Origin: Lama glama
Taxonomy: Eukaryota
Reading direction: 5' to 3'
NCBI GenBank assembly: GCA_028534125.1
Contig: CM052832.1
Span: forward strand, 14,386,001-14,450,000
Length of the DNA stretch: 64,000 nt
Under the pieces are notes generated by a model. It worked only from the letters and a program-made list of their open reading frames with translations, was not told the origin of the DNA and made no database searches. The first letter of the stretch is position 1; each line of letters opens with the position of its first letter. Below are positions 13,501 through 25,494 of this stretch, piece by piece. The position numbers and the translations under genes were made by a program.

Positions 13501-14799
13501 TGGCAGGCCTGGGAGCCCTCCACAAACTGGTCTGTCTCGCCCCCATCAAGCCCCCAAGGCACAATCAGCACACTGGTCCTGGGGTTGGGCAGTGAGTTAT
13601 AAGCCAGGGTCTTGAGTGGTGCCAAAAGGGATCATGACAATGGCACTGTGTCCTGGTACCCTGTTCCCGGGAAACAGTGACTCTTACTATGACCAAACCT
13701 TTCTCTTGCTGTCAGGTTTTTTCCTGTTTAACAAAGAGGTGCCAAAGCCAGGGAGCGAGGGAGTGTGAGGACAATGACCCCCCTTGTCTAGAACTTGAGC
13801 CCTCTGCCGGGCCTCAGTCTGCTTTCCCAGTTTCAGTGCCTCAGAAGCTCAAATTGGAAGTAAGAACTTGGGTTTTGGTGTCTCTGCCGGTAGCTGGCTG
13901 GCTAAGAGAAAATCATTTTCCTTGTTCTGGGGCTTGTTTTCTTCATAATTACAGCCAAGTATGGAATGAGAGAAACGATTTTCTCTCTTAAAGCCCCTTA
14001 ACAAATGGAGTATTTCACAGAAACTCATGAGGAAGAGTGTTGGGTTCTTGGCAGCACAGCTTGAAGGCCCTGGACCAGATGGTGTTGTAGGTCCTCTGCA
14101 GCTGGCTCTGGGCAGGTGTTTTAACCTTTTTGAGCCTTGGTTTCTTTCTCTATAGAGATGACAATGCTCAGTAAAGTGTGAGTGCTGGTGGGACGGTGGC
14201 CCATAAACGTGCCAGAAGGCGGCTCCATCAGCGACGGGTTCTTAGTGTCTTCTGTGCCCTTGCAGCCCTCCCCTCCCACCAGCAGCCTGGCGTCACCCCT
14301 GCCTTCCCTGCTGCCGGCTCTGTGCACACTCCGTCCCTCCTGGTCCCCACAACCCTGGGACCGTCTGCTGGGCCTTGTGGCGTGGCTTTGGGCCAGGAGG
14401 TAGTTGTGCCTGCTTAAAACTTAACCTCCACAATCAAACTGAGTTCCTGAAGGATGGCTCCTCCATAGCTCTAGAGCCCCATGCCGCCTTGTAGATCGAC
14501 GTTCAGTAACTGTCTGTGGGTGACCAGCCTGGGCCAGGCTGTGGCCCCTGTCAGGATTGAGACCAGATGTTCCTTAGGAGGTGAGGTGAACTGCATGTAG
14601 GGCCCTTCCACCTGGACAGGATTAACTGACTGACAGGCCTTCTGTTGAAGAGGCTGCCCGAGCGGATTCCGGAGCTTGTCCCAGCCGGACATGGCGGATC
14701 CTCGTCATCACCCTGGAGCCAGCAGAGCCCATGCCTGCACTTCTGCCAGAAAAACAATTCAGAAACTTTCCAATTCAAGGAGTCCACAAAGTAAGGCTG

Positions 14800-17478
14800 G
14801 TTTCATGTCGCTTCTCATTTATTAATTCAGTCTGTTCTAAGTTGTACAGTTATGAAAATAACAAAACCAAAGCCAAACGCCCAAGAATATTTACACTCTC
14901 TTCTGTAGTGAGGTCAGTCTATGTTGCACAGATTGGTTATGTTTGGTACCACAAGATGTTTGTAACTTAGACAAAAATCAGACAGATTAACAATTATATG
15001 TACAGTAAAATAAAAGGAAGTCATTCAAGTATCAAAATACAGAGACAAAGATTAAATAATATTTTATTACAATTCAGTCCCACTGCCACACCATTAGCAA
15101 CAACACTTTGTGAACTGCGTCTGACAGTCGTCCTGCAGGCCGGGGCATCTCAACACAGGCCGAGGGCAGACCCACTTGATAACGTCTTGATGCCACAACT
15201 ACGCTGGCTGCCTGCTCGGCCCGAGGCTTCTCAAGGGACTCACCCAGAGCGACACAGAGCGCTGCAGACGCAGAGCCTGTCGGGTGGGAAGCCCTGCTCA
15301 GAGTAGCTGCAAGCAGAAGCGCGGAGCAGAGCCTGCGCTGGAGCAGGTACCGACCCACTTCCAGTCCCGCCCAAATGGACCTGCACAGTTCAGGACCGGG
15401 CTGCCACACTGCCTGCGGAACCTGCCTCAGGGCTTCTCTGCTTGAAGCCTGTCCTTAATGTTAAAATATTTCTTTCTAGGGAAGGGATAGTACCTGTCCT
15501 GGAGAAGGAAGAGGAGTAAAAAAGAAGGATCTAGTCCCTTCCTTTTTTATTCAGAAATAAACCAATCTCAAAACCCAGAGCCAGAGCAGATTAGCCGAGG
15601 CCTCGCAATATGAAACACCCTGAATAAATAGAAGATATAGCAGCTTCAAGGGGAGGAGACACCTACTTATGACTTAAAAACAAAAGGACAGCTTGAGGAA
15701 CTCATTGTAGTGTTTACACTGTTTTCTTTTGGGACAGACCACCCTCCAAGAGAGGCTACTTCCAGGAGACCCGGCTTCCTGGGGAGGAAGGGGGCACCGC
15801 ACATGGTGCAGCAGCAGCTGGTCGCTCAGTCAGTGTGGGTTCCCTCGCCAATCCTGGGAGGGAAGCAGGGACTGAATGCTGCACCAGGGGAGCCAATGGG
15901 ACCCCTCCCAGGCCCTGGAAGCATCAGGAAGAAGTCAGCCTTCTGGGTGTTGAGGTCCTTGCTTAGTACCGAGCAGGGGAGGATCGCTTGCCTCTCCCCG
16001 TGTGGGCGTGACTCCCAGGGCCTGCAGTGTGGATGCCCTGGCAGAGCAGGAACCAGGGGCCAGCCTCAGGTCAGCAGGAAGACACGGCCTGGCTTTCCAT
16101 TTCTGGCCAAACACGGGAGGCAGATGTGCCGCAGAAGGTGCCCTGCATGCTCACCACCTTCGCTGGGAAAGAGATGTGCTGCTGGAGCCCTGACCACTGA
16201 CCGGGGACCGGACTGGACTGTGCCAGCAAAGCAGGCCTGCTGAGGTACCTGTGGGAGGAAAGGCGCCCCTCTGTTCCCCACTCTGGAAGGTGCTGGATGA
16301 GCAGCAGAGCTGGCTCTGCCACTCAGCCTCACAGGAACGAGCCCCTCTGATTCTGCCACCACCAGGAGCAGCAGCACAACCAAGGACAAAAACAAAAAGC
16401 AAAGCAAAGCAGGAGCGCTCAAGCGGCAGTGGTGCCCTAGGATGTCAGCCTGCCCTCAAGGCCACATGGGGCGAGAATCAAAGTGTCACCTAATTTAGCC
16501 TTGTCTACACCTGGAGTCAGGGATGAGCCCAGCGGCTGAAAGGACAACAGTCAAAGCAATTAATGCAGAGAACCAAAGTGAGTCCTAATCACACAACCGG
16601 ATTAGACAGATCACCGATTGGCAGGCAGCAGTCTCAGCTGACCTACCCATTAATGCCCCAAACAAAGCTGCTTTTCCTCCGGACTCAGCCAATCTGAGGT
16701 CACCAGCGAGCCTGTGGGCAGGCAGCCCAGGGGAGTGCTCTGACCACCGCCAGGTCCAAGACTGTGACCGAGAAGAGGCCCAGGCATCTCCATTTGGCCC
16801 CTGGACCTTCACGTCTGGAACCCCAGAAACGGAGCACGAGCCTTTGCTTTTGCCAGGTGTCTCTGAGGCAGCATCCAGCTCTAGACGGGACAAGAAGTTG
16901 TGCCGTTCAGAAGGAACAGCAGCTGACTGGGTTGGGTTTGAAAAGCAGATTCTAACAGACCAACTCAGTTGTTCCCCGTGTACCTGCTGCTTTCAGGCCA
17001 ACCCCCCGCTTCCTCTACAGACCTCCTCGACCTCTCCAAGACCCTGTCCTGAGGACAGAGGGCTGGACTGGCTGGACTTTTAGCCCATCTCAGGTCCCCT
17101 GTTCTGACCCTATGGCCATTTGTCCAAAGATTGGCAGTTGAACCTAGAGGTTTGAGCCAAGTGTTGAAAGTTCACTTTATAAAAAATTTTTTTTTTTACC
17201 ATTAAAAAATGTTTTCTGGACAAGTCACTTCTTGACCCTCTGGAGTTCCAGTCTCATCTGCAGAGGCCTGGGGTGCTCCTCCGCAACCAGGGCAGGGCTC
17301 ACTCTGCGAGACCTGGCGGTGGCAGGCCCAGACCACACAGCCAGGAGAAGGTCCTACAGGCAGACGTGGGACCTGGGTCTTCATAGCTGCAGGTGAGATG
17401 GTGGCGGTGGCAGCGGTGGCGGGAGCCTGTGCTCCCTGCGTCTGTTTCTGCAGCACAGTTGGTTCCTCAGTGGCTCAG
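14800..17478 (-). other. ANKS1A: ANKS1A terminal exon (1 coding base + TGA + ~2.7-kb 3' UTR)
   Basis: On the - strand a pyrimidine tract (ccctttcctccccccgttgtgtttgcttctgccaag) precedes CTGA; AA|C TGA gives the ...STN* ending; AATAAA at 14818-14823. The 3' end is approximate. Confidence 0.75.
14818..14823 (-). terminator. ANKS1A: ANKS1A distal polyadenylation signal AATAAA
   Basis: tttatt on +; AU-rich UGUA-containing sequence upstream and GU-rich sequence downstream on the - strand. Further AATAAA hexamers at 15063-15068 and 15546-15551. Confidence 0.65.
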
Positions 17479-18892
17479 CTTGGCAGAAGCAAACACAACG
17501 GGGGGAGGAAAGGGTTAACCAAAGGGGCCTGCACAAGGTGGAGGAAACGGAAAGGAAACATGGAAGCAGAACAGAAGGCCCCTCACAGCCTCCCCTGAGC
17601 ACCCTCCGTGGCCTGCTCCGAGGGCCCGCGGCTGCCTCTGGCTCAGCACGTCTGCTTGGGAAGGCACGAGGACAGCAGGCGGAGGACCCGCCTGGGCTGT
17701 CAACTCGGGTTTCAACGCTAAAGTAACTGCCGTAATTGACTGGCTTTCCTACGGGACTATGTGATGTCTGCAGTGCCGCCTCCTGCCCTCTAAGCTGACC
17801 TGCCAACACAGGAGGACGTGAGGCCTCTTCAAAACCTCAACTCTGCAATCCCAGGTGCTGAACTGCTTTGAGGTGATGGATTGCACAGCCTCCCTTTTCA
17901 GGAGGAGTCAAGAAGCTGAGGGTGGTTGATCAGGGAGGGGAATGACTATCTTTGATCCCCACACTGTGGAGAAGTGTCGGGAAGCTCCTGGAGGACCCTG
18001 AAGTTGCTCAGCCCAGGGTCCCTGTCCTCAAACAGCTCCATTTTGTGAAGGAAGAAGGTGCACCACGTGAGCAGGGCACCGGCTTCCTTCTTGCTGGGTC
18101 CTACAGGAAGGCCCTCCTCAGTGAGCTAGACTCCAGAGCCAGCCTGTGACTCACCGGCGAAGACCCAAGGGGCCACCCCATTCCTTGGAGTGGAAAATCC
18201 CTCGGGACCAGGAAACCTGCTGAGTGGAGCCAGCCTGGGGGTGTTCAAATGCTCAGACCCCATGTTCTGGAGTCATGCGTGTGTCCCCAGGCCTGGCACA
18301 GTCCTGGGCCCTCACAGAAAGCAGTCTGACACTGGTCAAGCCACGTCGCTGAGCTCAGGGCCTCACAGGGGGAGGCCAGCACCTTGGAGCAGGAGAGAGC
18401 CAGCGGGGCCGCGGGCCGGCTGTGAGCAGAGTGCGAGGGGATTCCGGCCCCAGGAGGTCACAGTGCTTGGTTGTGTCGGAAAAGGTGCAGTTAGCTCTTG
18501 GCAGCGGCACCCAGCTGGGGCTCCGCATAGATGGGAGAGGAGAGCTGACAAGGAGCCCAGCCCAGGAGAGGGAGCCGCCACTGGCGCGGTGTGGACGCTG
18601 CTGGGAGACTGCCCCACCCTCAGGATCCACAGTGCCTGCCCGCCGAGGCCCTCGCGGTGCCCACCTCAAAGGTAACTCACCCCCCCTCCAAGCTGTCCTC
18701 GCCCAAGGGGGGGGATTCACAGTGTCCGGTGGTGTTAGGTACAAGCTGTGAGTGTGCAGTGTCTAAAGCTGCTGTCCAGGAGGAGAGGTCCCAGTGGGTG
18801 GGGCCTTGGCGTCAGCAGCTGGAAGGAGAGTTGAGAACAGCAGAGACTGGACGGCAAGGCACGTGAGACTAGTGGAGACAGGGAGTGAGTGC

Positions 18893-19012
18893 TTAGAAGA
18901 TAGTGGTCTCATACTTGGTGCTGAGGCTCCGCTTAGAGTCTGGCTTGGGGTCCACAACCCAGGAGACACTGGCGTGGGACTGGGCATCTGGCTCCACATC
19001 AGGTGGTTCCAG
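18893..19012 (-). CDS. ANKS1A: ANKS1A exon [32 protein letters not shown]; internal donor after 18915, or read-through to KYETTIF*
   Basis: Acceptor AG at 19013-19014; donor AA|gtatga at 18914; read-through reaches TAA at 18893-18895. Confidence 0.9.
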   Translation of the reverse strand: MEPPDVEPDAQSHASVSWVVDPKPDSKRSLSTKYETTIF

Positions 19013-19593
19013 CTGCCAAGGAAGAGGGTGAGGAGTCAGAGGGGAATGCTGCGCCTGGGCCAGGAGTCAGCAGGTGTCCTGCTCTCCCTCCCCACCACCC
19101 CCAGGCCGTGCTGGCATCAGTGTCCCGAGGGGCAGTCTTGTTCTCCTCAGCCAGAGAGCGAGCTTCCTGGGGTTGGGGGGCAGAAGTGATACCTTCCCTG
19201 GAGCAGAGTGGGCCAGCCACCTCCAGGCTCTCCAGGGGCAACTTGTCCTGGGGATTTCTTGGAGCTGCTTAGGTAAAGGAGCCTTGCTCTGCCTGAGCAT
19301 TGTGCTCTAAGCCCCAGAGCTGTTCACAGTGGTAGGAAGGGGCTAAGAGGTTTGGAAACCCCAAGCCTTGGGGTGCTCTGGTGGGGCCAGAGGCAAGACC
19401 CAGTGGGCACCCCTGACCTCAGGAGAGGAGGACACACAGCAGAGAGACAGAGGGCTAAAGCACAGACAGGGACGGCAGGAGGGCAGCTCAGGGAAAATGG
19501 TCACGCAGGCAGAGAGGGAGAGGCCACCAGAGTCTCAGAGAGCTCACGGTCACTTGGGGAGACTGACACACAGACAGCAGGAGGTGTAAAGAC

Positions 19594-19692
19594 CTTGACT
19601 CCAGGACTAACAGACGGCAGCGGTAGGTAGGAAGGACGGTGGGTGGTGCAGGTGTGACAGTAACAACAGCGACTATCGGGGGGCAGCGGCAC
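19594..19692 (-). CDS. ANKS1A: Candidate ANKS1A cassette exon VPLPPDSRCCYCHTCTTHRPSYLPLPSVSPGVK
   Basis: ccccag acceptor, AAG|gtcttt donor; 99 nt, phase 0-0 like its neighbours, no stop codon. Confidence 0.55.
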
Positions 19693-19880
19693 CTGGGGTG
19701 CGGAGCAAAGCAGACAGACACAGGGTGACGTTACAGGGGCTCGTCTGTGGGCCGTGCTCCCTGCAGCCCCATGACGGCAGGGGTGGGAGCAGGAAGCCGC
19801 CTGCTAGAGGGGCTGGCCATGTGACATGTGAGAAGCCCCTCCTCGCACCCAGCTCCACCCCAGCCCCGGGGCCCACGTAC

Positions 19881-20051
19881 CGCTGACTTCCTCACACCGA
19901 CCCGAGGCTTAGGCACCGGTTTAGAAGATTTTGTTTCGATCATCTCAGCAGCAGAGGCCCCCACTGGCCTGGACTTCTGGGCCTGCAGGGCCAGCTGATA
20001 GGCCACCTCAAACGCCTGTCCCAGCGTCAGGATGATCTCATAGGTCAGGTT
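19881..20051 (-). CDS. ANKS1A: ANKS1A exon, end of PTB domain ([19 protein letters not shown]...VRKSA)
   Basis: AG at 20052-20053, GT at 19879-19880; 171 nt, 57 aa. Confidence 0.95.
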
Positions 20052-21369
20052 CTAGGAGGAACCAGAGCACAACGTGAGAGGGGCTGGGGGAGCGTCTCCT
20101 CTAACACCTGCTCACGCCCCTGAGCACAGGCGCGGGTGCCACTGCACAGGTGACAGCAGTGCGGTCAAGGCTGCCAGAACACTGGGTTTGAAAGCGGAAA
20201 TCTGTCCCGAGGCAACTGATACATTAGGGAACAATCTGAGCAAAACACACATTTTGCATTCCCTCACGTGTGATCTCAGAAACACCGGGTAAATGCAAAG
20301 GCTACCCAGCTGACCCAAGTCACCTGGGAACACTATAGAAAACCGTGCCGCCCGCACATGGTAGTTCAGTTTTCCATGGGGCCCTGCCACCTGCTGGGAA
20401 CCATCAAGGCAGACCTTCAGAGCCGCCACCCCTCACCCCCCACCCCCAGTCCTCTCCTCTCTATTCGGTTCCTTGTCTTCCACCCGCAGACAGGCCGGCT
20501 GGGTGGCAGGAGCGAGGCACACACTTCTGTAAGCCAACTTCAGGTCCTTCTCCAGGCAGTCAGTCATGCTTACTGGAGTATTTAGGTATTTCTTAACCAT
20601 TTCATGTGGCTAAAATGGTGCTAGTGCTTTTAGCTGGGAGCACGACGCTGTGGGAAGAACTGGCTGACCCAGGAGATGTGAGCTACAGGTAAGAGGGCCA
20701 CGAGGATGATTCCGGGGTGGGTTACCTACTTAATCTTCAAAATAACCCCATGAAGTCAGTTACATTCTATCCTCTTTGTGCAGATGAGGAGCCGGGGAAG
20801 TGAAGTTTCTGAGATCATACTGCAGGGCCAAGAGTCTGAGACCAGGCCTAGAGCAAGCACTGCAGCCCTGGGGCTGGGAGGGCCGGGGAACTAGCTACTC
20901 TCCTGGGAACTGAGAGACCTGGACAAAGGTCTGGGGCCTTGTCTCAGGGCAGCTGCCATTGTCACTGGTCCACTCCCTGTTGGCATTGTGTGTGATGGCT
21001 CCCCTCAGCCCAGCAGCACTGGAGTCCAGCCTAGGCAGGAATCTGGGGGAAGAAAACTTAACTGTCCCCAAGAGGGAAGGAGAGGGACTTTCACGGAGCT
21101 GGCCCAGCTGGAGGGCAGGTTGATAAGCAGCCCAGGAGATGAAGGCCTTGGCTGACCCAACACGCAGCTAGAAGCAGGAAAACTTGTCACTAGAACCTGG
21201 GACGAGCTACTGTTGTTCCCCATGCTTCAGTCTCACTGCCATATAAAGAGGATGGACTGGATGTTCATTTATGAACCAAACATTTGCTAAATGCCAACCA
21301 GGTGCCAGGACACTACTACACTGAGGCCGTCTCGGCGCAGGATCCCCTCCAGCTGTGGGCTGCACCTAC

Positions 21370-21507
21370 CACATCCACTGTGCTGAAAACGTGGCAATAG
21401 TGATGGCTAGTCTGCAGGTCCTTGGTGATGTAGGCAAAGGTACAGAGGTCCTCCGGGTCCTGGGCTGCACAGGAAATGTTCCGGATCTCATGCTCCGCAA
21501 TGACATT
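21370..21507 (-). CDS. ANKS1A: ANKS1A PTB exon ([21 protein letters not shown]...FSTVDV)
   Basis: Canonical splice sites; 138 nt, 46 aa. Confidence 0.95.
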
Positions 21508-22041
21508 CTGTCGGGAGAGCAGCGTGTGGAATTCTCAGGCGCCCTGAGGGCATGCCTCAGCCTCTCACCTTCACCACCCTTTTGTCCCAGCCTAGGGCAT
21601 CAGCCAAAGGCCACTTGTTGTCTCTTTTTTTGGGGTGGGGGTGGAGTGGCGCCTAACCTTGTCCAGTTTAGATTTGGGGTCTCCATCCTTGAACACGGCA
21701 ACTGAGGGAGTAAAATGTTTGCATCCAACCAGCAGATTCCCAGCCCCTTCTGCCCTCCAGGGTGGGGTCCCAAGCACAGGGCCCGGGGGAGTCTTTGCTC
21801 ATTAAGTGAATCACAGCATTAAAGGCCTGTGAGCAGGGGAAGTGGCTGATGGTGGCCACGATGAGGAAGACAAGCTACTTGGGCGAGGCCCTGGGACCAG
21901 GATATGTGCATGTGGGAGAGACAAGCACCTGGACCAGGAAAGGGACAAAAGGGGCTGGGGACACTTGAGGGAAGGCACCAGGTGGCAGGGGGTGAGGGAC
22001 CAGGAGAGGGCCCCTTGCAACAGCACTTGTGGAAAACATAC

Positions 22042-22128
22042 CTTGTTAGAAGCATCAATGAACTTGACACCTTTGTAGGTGATGGACAGGATGATGGTGG
22101 GGATCTTCTTCATGTGCTCGGTGGATTT
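22042..22128 (-). CDS. ANKS1A: ANKS1A PTB exon ([29 protein letters not shown])
   Basis: Canonical splice sites; 87 nt. Confidence 0.95.
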
Positions 22129-22272
22129 CTAAAGGAAGCAAGGGGAGGTGCCGTGAACACCCCTCCTCGGGGCCCAGCCCTCTTGGAGGGCCCAGGCAGC
22201 TGCAGCTGGTGCCCCCGTTTGCTGCCTTCTGTCCTAGCCGCCCCCTCCACACCATCCCCCCAGATAACCTAC

Positions 22273-22344
22273 CCGCATCTTGGCACAGGCGTCTTGTGTG
22301 GATTCTGTCCCTCGCAGGTCTTTGATCAACATGGAGCCCAGGTA
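22273..22344 (-). CDS. ANKS1A: ANKS1A PTB exon ([24 protein letters not shown])
   Basis: Canonical splice sites; 72 nt; YLGS motif typical of PTB/PID domains. Confidence 0.95.
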
Positions 22345-22560
22345 CTGTGGGAGTGAACAGTGTCCAGGCTTAGGAAGTCCTGTGTTATCACAGTCAGGTG
22401 GTTCCCTCTCCCTGGGGCTCCCTCCCCCATCCTGGCTGGGGAGGCCCCTTTCCCGAGGTGCTGGGAGGGCCTGAGGAGTCAAGAATGGCAAGGGGCCCTG
22501 GGCTCGACTCGGGGTGGAAGGCAGGAGACTGGCCAGGCTGGGAGGGCAGGGGCTACTCAC

Positions 22561-22686
22561 ATTGGCTTCATAACCACAGGACTCGAAGATGAGTTTCTCT
22601 GGCTGGTGTTGCCAACTCTGCACAGGGGCATAGGGGGTGGCCAGGCTGGGGGGCCGAAGGGTCAGCTTGGCCTCTCGGTGCTCCTC
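22561..22686 (-). CDS. ANKS1A: ANKS1A exon ([15 protein letters not shown]...[18 protein letters not shown])
   Basis: Canonical splice sites; 126 nt. Confidence 0.94.
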
Positions 22687-23915
22687 CTACAGAAAACGTG
22701 CAGTCACAGGTCAGCTCGCCCCCTCAAGGAGCTCCTGGGCTCCCCAACCAGCTCCAGCACTCAGCCACCGTGAGGAGCCCAAGGGCCAGGTAGGGAGGGC
22801 AGGAGGCAGATGAGCCATTCACATGCACTGGGGTCGGGGTGAGGCCCATCTACGCCAGACAGAAGGCAGAGAAGCAAGGACCTGAGCCTCCCACAAGCAG
22901 GCTCAGCAGGGAAGGTCCTGTGGTGTCTGAGATAAATCCAGATCTGATTCCCAGGTGGGAGGTACTTCACAGGGATAGGCTGTTGGGGTTAGGAGGACTC
23001 TGGTCCAAGAGATGATGGGTCCTTAACTAGGCTTCTGGTGGAAGGAATGGGGACGAGGGAAAAATTCAGGAGATATTTATGATGTCCATTCCCAGCAGTA
23101 TGCAAACTCCTTCGATATGGAGCAACTAAAATTGCTGGATAACGTGCTCTTTAAATCTTGTAAAATTCATGGCTGTGTTTGTGGAAAGGTGAGGGAAAGC
23201 CTCAGAGGCCAGAACTGAAAAGCTTGAGTCACGAGAGAAAAAGGAGTGAAGCTAAGGCTCACCCTACAGGGGACAAAGGACATCTGTTAGTGTCTAACAG
23301 GCCAGGGTGGGGCACAAGAGACAAAGCCTGTGGTCTCTGCAAGGCAGGAGGGAGGACAGGTGAGTCCTGAGTGAGTGCAGGAGCCCTGGGAGCAACACCC
23401 TGAGAGGTCAGCGGCAGTAGAGCCGGAGGGACTGCAGGGCGGCCTCAGGCCCGGCAAGTCTCACAGCTGTGCCACTACTGGGCTGCAGGGATGGGGCAGG
23501 AAGAATGGAGTCAGACCCGGGCTGAGCTTGGCTGGGCAGGTGGGACAGCAGGGAGTGGGGCTGAGGAAGAGGGGAGAGAGTAGGTGTGAGGACCAAGCAA
23601 AGAAAGGGAGCCAAAGAAGGGGCGGAACTGGGGAGAAACTGAGGGCTGGTGGGCCCGAGGAGTCAGAGCAGATGGGTCTGGACTTCTGAGGAGGCAAGTC
23701 CAGGCCACGTAAGCTGTGGGCAAGGCCTCAGCCGTGACAGGTGAAGTGAGTCCTGGGTGCTGCATGCAGGCAGCTGGGTGGGAGTGAGGGGAGGAGGCTG
23801 GAGTCTTCCTCCTGCTCCTGACACCAGCCCAGCAGTGCACAGGCCTAGGGGCAGTGAGGTAGCTGGGAGGCCCTGTCCTGCCAAGAGGGATGAAGGGAGC
23901 CCCCTCCCACCTTAC

Positions 23916-24080
23916 CTGGATTCTGAAGCGCTCCGCTCGAGAGGGCACTGCAGGCTCATGCAGACTGTCATGCCGCCTCCTGCCTACGTCCCCAGGAGGC
24001 AGCAGCAGGTCAGCAGATCGCCCGGTGCAGGAGTCATTCTGGCTCAGGGGGGATGACGTCTGTGAGAGCAGGTCTTGGCA
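23916..24080 (-). CDS. ANKS1A: ANKS1A linker exon ([17 protein letters not shown]...RAERFRIQ)
   Basis: tgcag acceptor, gtaagg donor; 165 nt. Confidence 0.93.
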
Positions 24081-25141
24081 CTGCAGCGGGGAGAATTCCA
24101 GGTGAAACTTGGAACCTGTCAGGCCAGCCCTGAGCTTGCGGGCTCAGCCAGGTAGTCAAAGCACCAGATTCTTCCAGCCAGGAAGCCCTGACAACCTGGT
24201 CTGCAGGTGAGCAGCCACCTTGAGCACCCTGGTCATGAGTAAACCCTTTGGCCCAGAGACACATGGGGAGAAAGAGGGCAGGGCTGGGAAGCACTCTCCA
24301 ATTTATCAACAATAAACCATTTGTCACAATCGACTGCAAGTCCTTGGGACACGTAACCAAATCCTGAGAAAAGACGGCGCTCCCAGCTGGCACGTGCACA
24401 GGCCTTACCCCACGGAGTGTGACTTGGTCACTTCCATTTTTATATTTAAATGTCAGCTGTGCGTCTGGTCCTCAGAACCAGTCTGGACCCTGGCTTTCTC
24501 ACATGTAAAAGGAGGGTAACATAACACCCACTCTGAGGCTGCCATAAATGGGCTGCGGCTCAGAGCCCAGAGCTTGTCAAGGGCTTGTCCCCACAGCAGG
24601 TGCAGCCTTGTAGGTCTGCGGGGCCAGCTCATCCTGAACCATGGGCTCAGTCTAACCAGCTTTTCAGGCAGAGATTACCTGGCTTGAGCAACAAAACATC
24701 TGTAAGGTTTTTAAAATCACAGGGATTTTCTTTCAGAAGACCTAGGGAGCATAGGTCCTGCTGTGTGTTCCATGCCCCGTCTCAGGCTCATGAGAGGGGC
24801 TCCCCGACCCCCACCCACCCCGCCTCCCCTGCTCAGCTGAACTGAACATTCAGACATTTGCTCTCCTACTTTTCCCAACATTTTTACCTCTATTTACCCT
24901 TTGTTACAGGCCATCTCATGTCTCTCTGATGTTGATGGGAGGCATGTGATTTATAAACAGCCAGTCACTCCCCTCCCCACCATCCTGTGAAAGGTGCAGA
25001 TGTAGCCCCCACAGAGGGAGGGGAGGGATCAGCTGCTCCTTGACTACAGAGGCGATGCTGCCTCTGAAGAATTCCTAAGGAATTCCGTTCCTAACAACAC
25101 GAGGCCCGCACACATATCCCTGTCCACCCGTCGCAACTCAC

Positions 25142-25249
25142 TCTTAGCTGGGAAAATCGTGGGGGCTTCTGGGGCGGCTCCTCGTAGGGTCTGTCTGCGA
25201 GGGAGGCAATGATGCGCTTGCGGTGGCCGAGCAGGTGAACCTTTAGCAC
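25142..25249 (-). CDS. ANKS1A: ANKS1A SAM2 exon ([21 protein letters not shown]...SQLR)
   Basis: Canonical splice sites; 108 nt; LGHRKRI SAM helix motif. Confidence 0.95.
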
Positions 25250-25341
25250 CTGGGCAGGGTGGGGACAGAAGTCAGACCCCTGCCCGTGGATGCGCACGCT
25301 TCAGGAGCAGCCAGGCTAGGCCTGAGCAGAGCAGTACTCAC

Positions 25342-25494
25342 ATTGACAAGCTCCAACTCCCAGAGGTTCTTCACAGTGTCAATGGAGCTGTAGCCACTTG
25401 ACAGGAAGGAATGGACATAGTCCTGCAGCCCCAGGGAGTCCAGCCAGGAGGGCACAGATAGGGGGCTGTTCCCATCATAGCCCAGAGCCTTCAC
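25342..25494 (-). CDS. ANKS1A: ANKS1A SAM2 exon ([10 protein letters not shown]...[10 protein letters not shown]...ELELVN)
   Basis: Canonical splice sites; 153 nt; WLxSLGLxxY SAM signature. Confidence 0.95.

Noticed and set aside
15710..16243. 177-aa ORF on +
   Set aside because: Antisense to the ANKS1A 3' UTR, non-ATG start, no recognisable domain.
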